Below are positions 17,747 through 27,118 of a stretch of 64,000 nt of DNA, in pieces. The position numbers and the translations under genes were made by a program. The DNA is taken from contig CBDAOY010000006.1 in the NCBI GenBank assembly GCA_965198225.1, forward strand, positions 448,001 to 512,000. Direction: 5' to 3'. Position 1 is the first letter of the stretch, and the number at the start of each line of letters is the position of its first letter. A model generated the notes under the pieces. That model was not told where the DNA came from. It saw only the letters and a program-made list of their open reading frames with translations, and did no database searches. This DNA is from Terriglobia bacterium. Its GTDB lineage: Bacteria; Acidobacteriota; Terriglobia; 20CM-2-55-15.

Positions 17747-20700
17747 CTAGGGGGTCGCGCGATCCGTCGCCTCGGCTTTGCGGGGTTGGACCGATCCCTC
17801 CATCAACAGCACCGACGGAATTGACGCGGGATCCGCGAGCCTCAACAACTGATAGCCGATACCCGACGCGCCCTGGAAGAGACCGGGGGAATACGCACCT
17901 TTCGGGAGTGCCGTAACCAGGTGATAGCCGCCGGACTCCCGGGCCCTGCTCATCAACCGGGCCGCCTGCCCGAGCGCTTGATCCATCAGGTCCTGCCGGT
18001 CGAGCCGTTGCCCCGCCGTCCACAGGAACTCGATCCGTCCGAAACTCCCACAACAGAGGTTGTCCGCCCCCTGCAGGCCGAAATCCCGGGTTGTTTGTAA
18101 GGCGATCTCGATCTCGGTCCGGATCGCCGTGAGTCGCGTGAGCGGTGTTCCCGCCAGGCGGGCCAGGCCGATTCCTGGGGCACCGTGGCACCAGGTGGTC
18201 ATGAAGGTCGGTTCAGGCCGGCTATCATCGAATTGACGGAGATCCTCCCAATTCCCTTTCTCCGGAGAGAAAAGGGTTCGCTCGTAGGCCAGAAGGTCCT
18301 CGGCGGTCTCGAGAAACAGAGCGCTCCCGCTTGCGTTATGGAGTTGAGCCAGCGCATAGGCCATGCCCGCTGCGCCGTGGGATAGACCGCTCAACAGCAC
18401 GCCGTCTCTTCTACCTGCCACATTCCCGGCGAAGTCGTCGCGCCTGAGAAGCTGCGCACGCAGGTGCTCGCCACAGACGACAGATTGTCGCAAGAACTCT
18501 TCCTCATCCGTAGCGTCGTACAGGGCAAGCAACGCCAGGACAGCGCCGGCGGCTCCGGAGACGATATCGAGTGCGCTGTCGTTCTCTATCCGGTCTGGTG
18601 TCATCAGGGAGGCCGCTCGACAGGCGTCTCCGAGCAGGGAAGGGTCTCCCAGGAACCGTCCCGTCTGCACCAGAGTGAAGATCAACGCACCGAGGCCGGT
18701 CAACCCGCCGATGAGCGCGCCCCTGGCAAGAGCCTGGGCCTGCTCGGCGTCATGCAGCCGCTCGCGTACCGGCTGCAGAGCCGCTAGGGATAATTCCCGA
18801 AATCCCGCCCCGCTTGTCGTCTTCTCCAGGGCGGCAAGAAAAAGGGCCACACCGCAGACGCCGCCGTAGAGATCGACTCCCATGGGTTGAATCCGAAACT
18901 TGCCCGCGGGGGGGACGGGAGCCGAAGTAATCCAGGTCGCGCTGCCGTCGGGCGCCACGATCGCCCTTTCCTGCAGGTCCGAGGCGATGGCAACGGCTTC
19001 CGCGATCGCCTTCTCCGGAGTCAGGTTGACGATCTGCCGGGACAGTTCCGTGCTGAGCTCAGACGAGACAGCTCCAACCCGGGCCCGCGTATGGAAGGAA
19101 AGACGGATGACATCAATCTGGCGCTTCATGTCCCGCTCGTCGAGATCACCGATTCGGGCCGTCACGCGTTCAAGGCCCGATTCCTCGAACCAGTCATCGA
19201 TGGTCCGCCCGGCAGAGACCTTCAGGGACCTGCTTTCTGGCAAGACCGAGAAATAGGGGATATCCAGGTTTTCCAGGTCACGGATTTCCGTGTCGAGAAT
19301 AGGCCAGAAGGACGGCTTTGAACCTCCTCTCAAAAGATCGGCGGCGAGAGATTCCAACTCGATACTGCGATCAGCGCCATCCCGCATGTATTCGGGACGG
19401 AGGGTTTTCATGAAGAGCGCCCCGTAGGTCTTCGTCGGCCTGAAGATGAACCGCACCTCATGCTGGGCGAGGCCGCTCATGCATCGTTCGAAATCCGGCG
19501 CCGCACGGTGCTCGAGAATCAACCCGTACACCGTCTGAAACCCCAGCACGATGTCGTCGACGAACCGATCGGGAGAATGGCCCGTGCCGGAGATAAAAGG
19601 CACGTTCTGCGCTGCGGTGCGCTTGAGTTTCTGGTGCTCCAGCGTCATGGCGTCGGTGTTGATATGCTGCCAGTCAAGGTGCGCGAAATCGGTCTCCTGA
19701 TCCGACACGCCCCCCAAACCGCTGACGTCGAAACTTTCGCCTCTTGCGCCGACATGCCATAACGGCAGGAGACCGGTGTCGAGAACTGACTCGGAGAGCA
19801 TTCGATTCGCCAGAGCTTCCGCCCCGGACCGGACTCCCTCGTTCGGTCCTGCCGCGGGAAGGGGGCGCATCAACGTCTCCACGTCGATGAGGACCGGATG
19901 CTCACCGCTGGCGATCATGTTCTCGAAATGCAGGTCGTAGCCGTGAAGGGCGTGTGCCATCGCCAACAGCATCCCGGAGCGCCGATAGTAGCGTTCGAGC
20001 TCCTGCCGGTCGTCGGTGGGTTCGTGGACAACGTACTCGGCCCAGCCGTAGCCGGAGCAACTGAGAACTTTGAGACGCCTTAGTGGGGGCGCGGCGCCCC
20101 TGGCGTTCAGGCAATCGATCAAATCGCCGAAGGCCTGCTCGGAACCCATGTCTCTGGGCTTGTAGATTAACTGCAGCCCGCAAGAGAACACCAAGCCGAT
20201 CACGGCGTTCCCGCCCCGGTGCCGGTCGGAGAGAAAGGGTCCGAGTTCATCGATCACTCCAAGACCGGTGTCTTCACGTCCAAAGGTCTCCGCTATCAGC
20301 GGCCAGTCTTTCTCGAGACGAAGCAAGAACACGCTCATCGCCTCGATCCAGGTTTCGGTCAAGACAACAGAGAGACGGGCCAGAACAGCGTATTCCAGAA
20401 AGAACTCAATGAGGCCGCCTTCGACCATTCGAGACACGTAGGCGCGATAGAGAGTCCGCGATGATTCTTCCTCGGAAGATGACAAACGGTCAAAAACCGA
20501 AGACCGTCGCTGCGACAGGAAGATCGAGAACTCCAGTTGCAGGGAAGGGGCGGCGAAGTAAGACAGCCACTTCAAAAGACCCCGTTCCAGATCGGAACGG
20601 GCCCCGTGGCTTAGATGGGGATAACTGGAACCTGCTCGTTCCCGTAATCGCCTTCGGGCAACAGCGATGAAAGGCAGGAAAAGATCCTGGAAAGGGACAG

Positions 20701-21055
20701 GATCGTCGAATGGCAGGAGGCGGGACACTGCGGTTTCGTCGCCGTCCGGGGAAGCATCCGCCGCTTCCAGGACTTCCCGCAAGGTCGCCGGCCAGGAAAG
20801 TTTCGAACCGTCGGCCGGTTGGACGACGCCTAATACTTCTCGGGCTCGGATTTGGTCGAAGCCGTCCCAGGCAAGCCTTTTCTGCCATCGTTCGCGATCG
20901 CCGGTGGCCGCGTTCCTCGTCCACCGCTCCAGGCGAGCCCGGACGGTGTCGGCTCCGGTACTGCCACGGTCTGGCGTGTATTCAGGACCGAAGCGCTCCA
21001 GCAGCGTGCTGGCCCGGCCAGCGATGGTTCGCAGATCCGCCGCGGAGATTTTCAT
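17747..21055 (-). CDS. lanM: Class II lanthipeptide synthetase (DUF4135 dehydratase + LanC-like cyclase), ProcM-like CCG type
   Basis: IYKPR, DLHFEN, IDVET, FRPTKTY dehydratase motifs; GLSHGAAG, WCHGAPG, NLCCG cyclase motifs. Confidence 0.95.
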   Translation of the reverse strand: MKISAADLRTIAGRASTLLERFGPEYTPDRGSTGADTVRARLERWTRNAATGDRERWQKRLAWDGFDQIRAREVLGVVQPADGSKLSWPATLREVLEAADASPDGDETAVSRLLPFDDPVPFQDLFLPFIAVARRRLRERAGSSYPHLSHGARSDLERGLLKWLSYFAAPSLQLEFSIFLSQRRSSVFDRLSSSEEESSRTLYRAYVSRMVEGGLIEFFLEYAVLARLSVVLTETWIEAMSVFLLRLEKDWPLIAETFGREDTGLGVIDELGPFLSDRHRGGNAVIGLVFSCGLQLIYKPRDMGSEQAFGDLIDCLNARGAAPPLRRLKVLSCSGYGWAEYVVHEPTDDRQELERYYRRSGMLLAMAHALHGYDLHFENMIASGEHPVLIDVETLMRPLPAAGPNEGVRSGAEALANRMLSESVLDTGLLPLWHVGARGESFDVSGLGGVSDQETDFAHLDWQHINTDAMTLEHQKLKRTAAQNVPFISGTGHSPDRFVDDIVLGFQTVYGLILEHRAAPDFERCMSGLAQHEVRFIFRPTKTYGALFMKTLRPEYMRDGADRSIELESLAADLLRGGSKPSFWPILDTEIRDLENLDIPYFSVLPESRSLKVSAGRTIDDWFEESGLERVTARIGDLDERDMKRQIDVIRLSFHTRARVGAVSSELSTELSRQIVNLTPEKAIAEAVAIASDLQERAIVAPDGSATWITSAPVPPAGKFRIQPMGVDLYGGVCGVALFLAALEKTTSGAGFRELSLAALQPVRERLHDAEQAQALARGALIGGLTGLGALIFTLVQTGRFLGDPSLLGDACRAASLMTPDRIENDSALDIVSGAAGAVLALLALYDATDEEEFLRQSVVCGEHLRAQLLRRDDFAGNVAGRRDGVLLSGLSHGAAGMAYALAQLHNASGSALFLETAEDLLAYERTLFSPEKGNWEDLRQFDDSRPEPTFMTTWCHGAPGIGLARLAGTPLTRLTAIRTEIEIALQTTRDFGLQGADNLCCGSFGRIEFLWTAGQRLDRQDLMDQALGQAARLMSRARESGGYHLVTALPKGAYSPGLFQGASGIGYQLLRLADPASIPSVLLMEGSVQPRKAEATDRATP

Positions 21056-21222
21056 GAACGGTCAGGTGGGCTTGCGGTTGCATCAGACGGGAAAGACTTC
21101 TCGCCGCGGCGTGCCGGCCGACGTCCGCCCCCGTGTCTTTCATTCGGATGACGTTCGTCCGGCCGACCGGCGCGCCTTAGAGTCGTTGCGGACCCTCAGG
21201 CGACGCCATTCTTGCCGGGCAT

Positions 21223-21642
21223 CTACCCGCGGAAATCGTCGCAACCAAACACGGTGCATCCACCGCCGTACGCGCTGTAGCAAAAGGCGCTGTCGGTGAT
21301 GGCGCTATTGGTACCCGCTGCTTGGATCCTATCCACATCGATGCCCGGGCCGGGAATGCCGGATTGGCCAATGCCCCCCCTCCTAAAAGTCGGGTCTCCT
21401 CCTCCTCCGGCAACGGCATCGAGCGCATCGTCGCTCAAGAGGCCGCTCGGTATCTGCGGAAGCACAAAGTAGGCGATATTCTCCGCCTCCTCGACAACCT
21501 TGATCTCCAGACTGTCCGGAATCTGGGCCCCGGTCTCGCGGGCAATAACTCCCTTCGGGTCGTTGATCAACTCCTTCCTGAACGCCTCGTCCTTTAACGC
21601 TTTCGCGATGATATGCAGTCTTTGCTCCATCGTAGAAGCCAT
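21223..21642 (-). CDS. NHLP (nitrile-hydratase-like leader) RiPP precursor with a 59-aa core
   Basis: IIAKALKDEAFRKELINDPK...IKVVEE...YFVLP...LSDDALDAVAGG leader; core has 8 Ser/Thr and 3 Cys; AAGGAGG RBS; directly upstream of lanM. Confidence 0.93.
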   Translation of the reverse strand: MASTMEQRLHIIAKALKDEAFRKELINDPKGVIARETGAQIPDSLEIKVVEEAENIAYFVLPQIPSGLLSDDALDAVAGGGGDPTFRRGGIGQSGIPGPGIDVDRIQAAGTNSAITDSAFCYSAYGGGCTVFGCDDFRG

Positions 21643-21830
21643 ATTGTATCCTCCTTGTTGAGATGAATCCTCCCCATCGATATTCGAGTTTCCGAGAAGG
21701 TCATGTGCGGTTCAAGTAGAATCGGATACCGGCATTCAAAGCTCGGGAGTAAGCCTGAACGGGGACGCTGGACTCCCGTTGCGGGTAGAGGGATCCGGCC
21801 GACAAGCGAGCTCTCGATTCAGGAGGAGAT

Positions 21831-22661
21831 GTGACACCGACGAAGGCACCGGCGCCATCATTCATTTATGGAACGGCGTGGAAGAAGGAGGCCACGGCGG
21901 AGCTGGCCGGAACTGCGACGCGCGTCGGTTTCAAGGCGATCGACACGGCCAACCAGCCCAGGCACTACCAGGAGCCGCTGGTGGGCGAAGCACTGGAGTC
22001 GCTCGCCTCAGCCGGCACTCCGAGGGAGTCCCTGTGGGTGCAGACTAAATTCACTCCGTTTAACGGCCATGATCACCGGGTGCCTTATGACCCTGGCGTA
22101 GATCTGACGACGCAGGTGAGCCAGTCTTTCGAGTCCTCTCTTCGAAACCTGAGGACCGACTACGTCGATTCCTATCTCCTGCACGGTCCCTATTCCTATC
22201 CAGGGCTCGGAGACGACGACTGGGAGGTCTGGAGAGCCATCGAAGAAATACACAGGTCGGGTCACGCGGACATGATCGGTGTCAGCAACGTCATGCCCGG
22301 GCAGCTTCGCACGCTCGTGGAACAGGCTGAAGTCAAACCCATGGTCGTACAGAACCGGTGTTTTGCGGACCGCGGGTGGGATCGACAGGTCCGCGAGATC
22401 TGCCGAGCGAAGGGAATAATGTACCAGGGATTCTCCCTCCTGACGGCGAATCCCGACCTGCTCCGCCACCCGGAGGTGGTGTCTATCGCCGGAAGGCTCG
22501 GGGTCGAGCCCCAGCAGGTAATCTTCCGCTTCGCAATGCAGGCAGGAATGGTGCCGTTGACGGGAACCACTTCCGAACAGCACATGAGAGAGGACCTCAG
22601 CGTCTACGAGATCGAGCTGAGCGCCGATGAAGTCGGCCTTATTGAGTCCATCGCGGGATGA
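21831..22661 (+). CDS. Aldo/keto reductase
   Basis: YGTAWK, IDTA..Y, QTKF, SLRNLRTDYVDSYLLHGP, IGVSN motifs. Confidence 0.92.
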   Translation: MTPTKAPAPSFIYGTAWKKEATAELAGTATRVGFKAIDTANQPRHYQEPLVGEALESLASAGTPRESLWVQTKFTPFNGHDHRVPYDPGVDLTTQVSQSFESSLRNLRTDYVDSYLLHGPYSYPGLGDDDWEVWRAIEEIHRSGHADMIGVSNVMPGQLRTLVEQAEVKPMVVQNRCFADRGWDRQVREICRAKGIMYQGFSLLTANPDLLRHPEVVSIAGRLGVEPQQVIFRFAMQAGMVPLTGTTSEQHMREDLSVYEIELSADEVGLIESIAG

Positions 22662-22703
22662 GAGTGGAACGTTTCGAATCGGGCATAGGACAGGGCAACC
22701 TTC

Positions 22704-24122
22704 GTGGATGAAACCAATACCATCGAAAGACAGAGTCGTTTCGAGCTTCCCGACATCTATGTGATCCTGTTCAGCTTCATCGTTTTCGTTTCGATTCTGA
22801 CCTGGATTATTCCCGCCGGCGCCTACGAGCGAACCTTGCTGCCCAACGGCCGGGAAACGGTCGTGGCCGGTTCCTACCGCGTTATAGAGCAGACGCCCGT
22901 CGGCATCATGGATGTCGTGACGTCGATTCCGGACGGGCTGAGGGACGCGTCGAGCATCGTATTCCTGGTGCTGCTCGTCGGAGGGGCGGTCGGCGTCGTT
23001 CGCCGTACCGGCGTCATCGATCTGGGGATTCAGCGCTTGATGGCGCTCATGGGCTCCCGCGTGGAGCTGCTGATTCCAACTCTGATGGGCGGGTTCGCGT
23101 TGATAGCGGCCTTCATCGGAACACCGGAGCTGTCCCTGGCCTACCTGCCGATCATCCTCCCCCTGATGCTTCGCCTGGGATACGACACGTTGACCGCGAC
23201 GGCGATGGTTTTGTTGTCGACAACCCTTGGATTTGCTTTCGGGATCTCGGTGCCGGCCACGATTGGGATCGGCCACCTGTTGGCAGAGCTGCCGATGTTC
23301 TCCGGGGCATCGTATCGGACCGTGTTCTTCCTGGTGATCCAGGTTTCTTCTGCAGCGTTCGTGTTTCGGTACGCACGAGGGGTGAAGGCCAATCCGGAGA
23401 TCGCGCTGAACGCCGACGAAGACGCGAGACTCCGGGAGGAGTTGAGTGACGACGGCGACGCCCCCCAGACCTTTACCGCACGGCAGCGGGTGGCGGGGAT
23501 CGCGGCGCTGGGCATGTTCGTTGCTTTCGTCGTAGGTGTCCTGAGGCTCGGCCTGGGATTCGAAGAGATTTCCGGGTTGTTCGTTGCGATGGCCGTCATC
23601 ACCTCCCTGATTGCAGGCCACCGGCTCAACCAGATCTGCAGCAACTTCAACTTCGCGTTCAGAGAGATCCTTGTTGGAGCCCTGATCTGCGGCGTGGCTC
23701 GCGGGGTGTCGGTGGTCATGGTCCAGGGAAACATCATGGACACCGTGGTCTTTTACCTGAGCGGCCTGGTGGGATCGCTACCGGACGCGCTTACTGCTGT
23801 GGGGATTCTGCTGACCCAGGCGGTCTTCAACTTCCTGGTGCCTTCCGGCAGTGGCCAGAGTCTGATCACTCTCCCGATTCTCATCCCGCTGGCGGACCTG
23901 GTAGGGTTGACGCGTCAGGTCGTCGTGCTGGCGACTCACTGGGGTGATGGCATCACGAATATTGTTTTCCCGACGTCCGGCTATTTCATAGCCACACTCG
24001 TCATGGGTCGAGTCAGCCTCGGCAGGTGGCTCAAGTTCTATCTTCCGTTTTTCTGGTTTGTCCTGGTGGTCGCTGTAGTCGGATTGATCGTTGCGCAGAA
24101 CATCGCGCTCGGTCCTTTCTGA
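22704..24122 (+). CDS. YfcC/DcuC-like (ion transporter superfamily) membrane transporter
   Basis: LTWIIPAGAYER, NFLVPSGSGQ, GDGITN..FPT motifs; many TM helices. Confidence 0.88.
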   Translation: MDETNTIERQSRFELPDIYVILFSFIVFVSILTWIIPAGAYERTLLPNGRETVVAGSYRVIEQTPVGIMDVVTSIPDGLRDASSIVFLVLLVGGAVGVVRRTGVIDLGIQRLMALMGSRVELLIPTLMGGFALIAAFIGTPELSLAYLPIILPLMLRLGYDTLTATAMVLLSTTLGFAFGISVPATIGIGHLLAELPMFSGASYRTVFFLVIQVSSAAFVFRYARGVKANPEIALNADEDARLREELSDDGDAPQTFTARQRVAGIAALGMFVAFVVGVLRLGLGFEEISGLFVAMAVITSLIAGHRLNQICSNFNFAFREILVGALICGVARGVSVVMVQGNIMDTVVFYLSGLVGSLPDALTAVGILLTQAVFNFLVPSGSGQSLITLPILIPLADLVGLTRQVVVLATHWGDGITNIVFPTSGYFIATLVMGRVSLGRWLKFYLPFFWFVLVVAVVGLIVAQNIALGPF

Positions 24123-24160
24123 TCGGCAGATCGCCGCTTCACATAAAAGAGGAGGGTGCG

Positions 24161-24655
24161 TTGGCAAAGGTGCACAAACTGAAAGTCGAGCTGATGACGG
24201 CGGAGGCGTTCGCGCCATTCGGGGAAGTCATGGAAGCGAAGGAGCGGCCTTCGGACGAACGTCGGTTCTTTCCCATAACCTTCGATATCGACGGCAAGAC
24301 GACGGTGGACGTCATCTGGCAGCCCTATGAGGAACGTACGTTCACCACGCTGGAACGCCACTTCAACGTGACCCAGAGCTTCATCCCCCTGGAAGGATCG
24401 TTGGCCGTCGTCGCAGTGGCCCCACCGACGGATCTTGGCGACCGGGAAGCTGTTCCTGAACCAGACGAGGTGCGCGCTTTCATGATCGACCCCACCAAAG
24501 GCTTCGCCTACAAAACGGGAACCTGGCACTCTCTGAATCGATACATCCTCTCTCCGCCGGGGGCCAGTTTCATCATCCTGAACGTCGACCCCAATCCGAG
24601 CCAGGTGGTGGACTACGAGAAGGATTTCGGCGTCATCTTCGAGGTGGATATCTAG
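24161..24655 (+). CDS. Ureidoglycolate lyase (AllA-like cupin) family protein
   Basis: TAEAFAPFGEV, LERHFNVTQSFIPL, GTWH motifs; TTG start after GAGGAGG. Confidence 0.82.
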   Translation: MAKVHKLKVELMTAEAFAPFGEVMEAKERPSDERRFFPITFDIDGKTTVDVIWQPYEERTFTTLERHFNVTQSFIPLEGSLAVVAVAPPTDLGDREAVPEPDEVRAFMIDPTKGFAYKTGTWHSLNRYILSPPGASFIILNVDPNPSQVVDYEKDFGVIFEVDI

Positions 24656-24763
24656 CAACCCATTGGAGCTCGTTCGATCGCCGCCCCGGTCTGGATTGCT
24701 TGTCGGCAGACACCACACCGTCTAGAATACCGGCACTGGAGCAACCCTTTTGGAGGCAGCAAT

Positions 24764-25699
24764 ATGAAGTTAGTCAAGGTGTTGATTCTCTCGGTCATCG
24801 TTGTCCTGACCGCGTCTGCCCTCGCACCCGATTCCCTGGGACAGCGTGGCCGACGGGGACGTGGCCCCCTTACACCCGAACAGGAGGCCGCTCAGGCCGC
24901 TCGTCGGGCGGCTTCGGCACCGGACGCCCCGCGCCCGATCGACATGCTGGACACGGTCTGGATCGAGGAGATGTCCTGGATGGAAGTCCGCGATGCGATC
25001 GCTGCGGGCAAGACCACCGCCATCATCGGCAGCGGCGGACTCGAGCAGAACGGTCCGTATTCCCCGACAGGCAAGCACAACTACGTACTGCAGACGACCA
25101 CCGAGGCCATCGCCCGAAAACTGGGCAACGCCCTGATCGCCCCGATCGTGACGATGGAACCGGGCAACCCCGAGCGTGAGGACCTCTATCCCGGCAGCGT
25201 GTATATCACCCAGGACACGTTCAGGGCGGTTCTTACCGACATGTCGACCAGCCTGAAGACCATGGGATTCAAGAACATCATCATGGTCGCCGACAGCGGT
25301 AGCAACACAAGAGGAATGACGGAGGTCACGGCGGCGCTCAACGATAAGTGGAAGGGGAACCCGACACGGGTTTTCTACATCACGGAGTACTACACCGAAG
25401 ACCGCTGGAGCTACGACTACCTGAAAGAGATCGGCATCCACCAGCAGCCGGATGTCCAGTCCGCGACACGCTACGACATCCACGACGACTACCACTACGA
25501 GTCGCTGATCGCCGTCGTCGCCCCCGACCTGATCCACCCCGAGCAGCGCAAGAAGGCCGGGAAGTTCGTCATCAACGGTGTGGAAATGGAATCGATCGAG
25601 AAAGTCATCGAAAACGGAAAGAAACTCGCCGCCTACCGTGCCGAGATCACCGTCAGAGCGATCGAGAAAGCGATGGCGGATTGGGGGGCGCCGCAGTAG
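24764..25699 (+). CDS. Exported creatininase/amidohydrolase family protein
   Basis: EEMSWMEVRDAI, GGLEQNGP motifs; signal peptide. Confidence 0.85.
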   Translation: MKLVKVLILSVIVVLTASALAPDSLGQRGRRGRGPLTPEQEAAQAARRAASAPDAPRPIDMLDTVWIEEMSWMEVRDAIAAGKTTAIIGSGGLEQNGPYSPTGKHNYVLQTTTEAIARKLGNALIAPIVTMEPGNPEREDLYPGSVYITQDTFRAVLTDMSTSLKTMGFKNIIMVADSGSNTRGMTEVTAALNDKWKGNPTRVFYITEYYTEDRWSYDYLKEIGIHQQPDVQSATRYDIHDDYHYESLIAVVAPDLIHPEQRKKAGKFVINGVEMESIEKVIENGKKLAAYRAEITVRAIEKAMADWGAPQ

Positions 25700-25801
25700 C
25701 AGGATCCGTCAACCGGAACACCCTTAGTCGAGGCGACCCCGCGATCATGTGGGGTCGTCCCCACAGCCTGGAACCTTCACCGATCATCCTTGTCCAAATC
25801 C

Positions 25802-25871
25802 GTGTAGGTGCGGTCTATGACCGCACATTCTTCGATCCGACACAACGTGCGCTCATAGAGCGCACCTACAC
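25802..25871 (-). repeat. REP doublet (REPIN-like), inverted orientation
   Basis: GTAGGTGCGGTCTATGACCGCAC ... GTGCGCTCATAGAGCGCACCTAC. Confidence 0.88.
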
Positions 25872-26051
25872 CCGATCACCACCTCATTGTGCTCTGCCAG
25901 CGAGCTGACCTGCCGGGCGCGTGTGATTGATCCACACTTCCGCTACGAGCAGGTTGACGCCGAAGCCCAGCCAGAAGGAGACACCGAATATCTCCTCGAT
26001 CAAGGGTCGCGGGTTCAAATCCCTCCTTCGCGATCGGCAGCTAACAAATGG

Positions 26052-26075
26052 AAGGTCACCGATGGTGGCCTTTTT
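26052..26075 (+). terminator. Intrinsic terminator following a degenerate tRNA-like 3' fragment
   Basis: AAGGTCACC-GAT-GGTGGCCTT hairpin followed by a T run. Confidence 0.55.
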
Positions 26076-26164
26076 GTGCCTCTTACCACCTCCGCGGACC
26101 GTGTTATTCTCTGAAATTCCACGAGGCCGCGCACAACTAATGAGCCGGCCTGGCTGGGAGGCCT

Positions 26165-27109
26165 GTGAGCGGAAGGAACTTGGTTTTCACAAAGTCATTT
26201 GTCCAGAACGCGGAAGGGTTGGTGCGGAACATTGCACAGGCGGTCGTGGCCCCACCGGAAGTGATCCGTCTGAGCGTGGTGAGTCTGCTTGCAGGAGGAC
26301 ATCTGCTGCTGAACGATCTCCCGGGCTCGGGTAAGACGCTCCTGGCACGGTCTCTTGCGCGGTCGCTCGGCGGAAGCTTCAAGCGCATTCAGTTCAATCC
26401 GGACCTGTTGCCGACCGACATCACGGGGTCTTCGGTATTCAACCAGGCAGAGAATCGTTTCGAGTTCGAGGAGGGGCCGGTTTTCGCCAACGTCGTCCTG
26501 GCCGACGAAGTCAACCGCGGCAGTCCGCGGACTCAATCGGCGCTGTTGGAAGCCATGGCCGAAGGGCAGGTGACGGCGGATGGCACGAGCTATCCTTTGC
26601 CCGACCCATTCTGGGTCGTCGCCACGCAGAACGAGGTAGACGCGTACGGCACATTTCCGTTGCCCCAGGCCCAGCTCGACCGATTCATAATGTCGCTGAG
26701 CATCGGCTATGCAGACGCAGACCAGCAAGTGGAGATTCTGGAGCGCAACCAGCGCGGTGACCCTGTTGTCGGACAGCAAATCGATGGCGAAAGCATACGC
26801 GAGATGCAGGCACAGGTTCGAGAGGTGGAGGTCTCTCGTCCCGTCAGGGAATACCTCGCCAGAATCCTCGTATCTACCAGAAACCACCCCGCGATAGTCC
26901 TTGGCGTCAGTTCCCGCGGCGGCGTCCACCTTCAGCGCGCCGCGCAGGCGTTCGCCGCCATGCGAAGCGATGGGTTTGTCGCGCCGGAACACATCAAGGC
27001 TGTGGCGGGACAGGTCATGGCTCACCGCGTCATTGCCGCTCCCGGAACAGCCACTTCGCCCACGGAGGCTATCCATGAGGTGGTTGCCGGCGTCCCTGTG
27101 CCGATCTAG
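26165..27109 (+). CDS. moxR: MoxR-family AAA+ ATPase
   Basis: GHLLL.D.PGSGKT, RIQF.PDLLPTD, LADEVNR, TQSALLEAM, PQAQLDRF. Confidence 0.95.
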   Translation: MSGRNLVFTKSFVQNAEGLVRNIAQAVVAPPEVIRLSVVSLLAGGHLLLNDLPGSGKTLLARSLARSLGGSFKRIQFNPDLLPTDITGSSVFNQAENRFEFEEGPVFANVVLADEVNRGSPRTQSALLEAMAEGQVTADGTSYPLPDPFWVVATQNEVDAYGTFPLPQAQLDRFIMSLSIGYADADQQVEILERNQRGDPVVGQQIDGESIREMQAQVREVEVSRPVREYLARILVSTRNHPAIVLGVSSRGGVHLQRAAQAFAAMRSDGFVAPEHIKAVAGQVMAHRVIAAPGTATSPTEAIHEVVAGVPVPI

Positions 27110-27118
27110 GCGGACATC

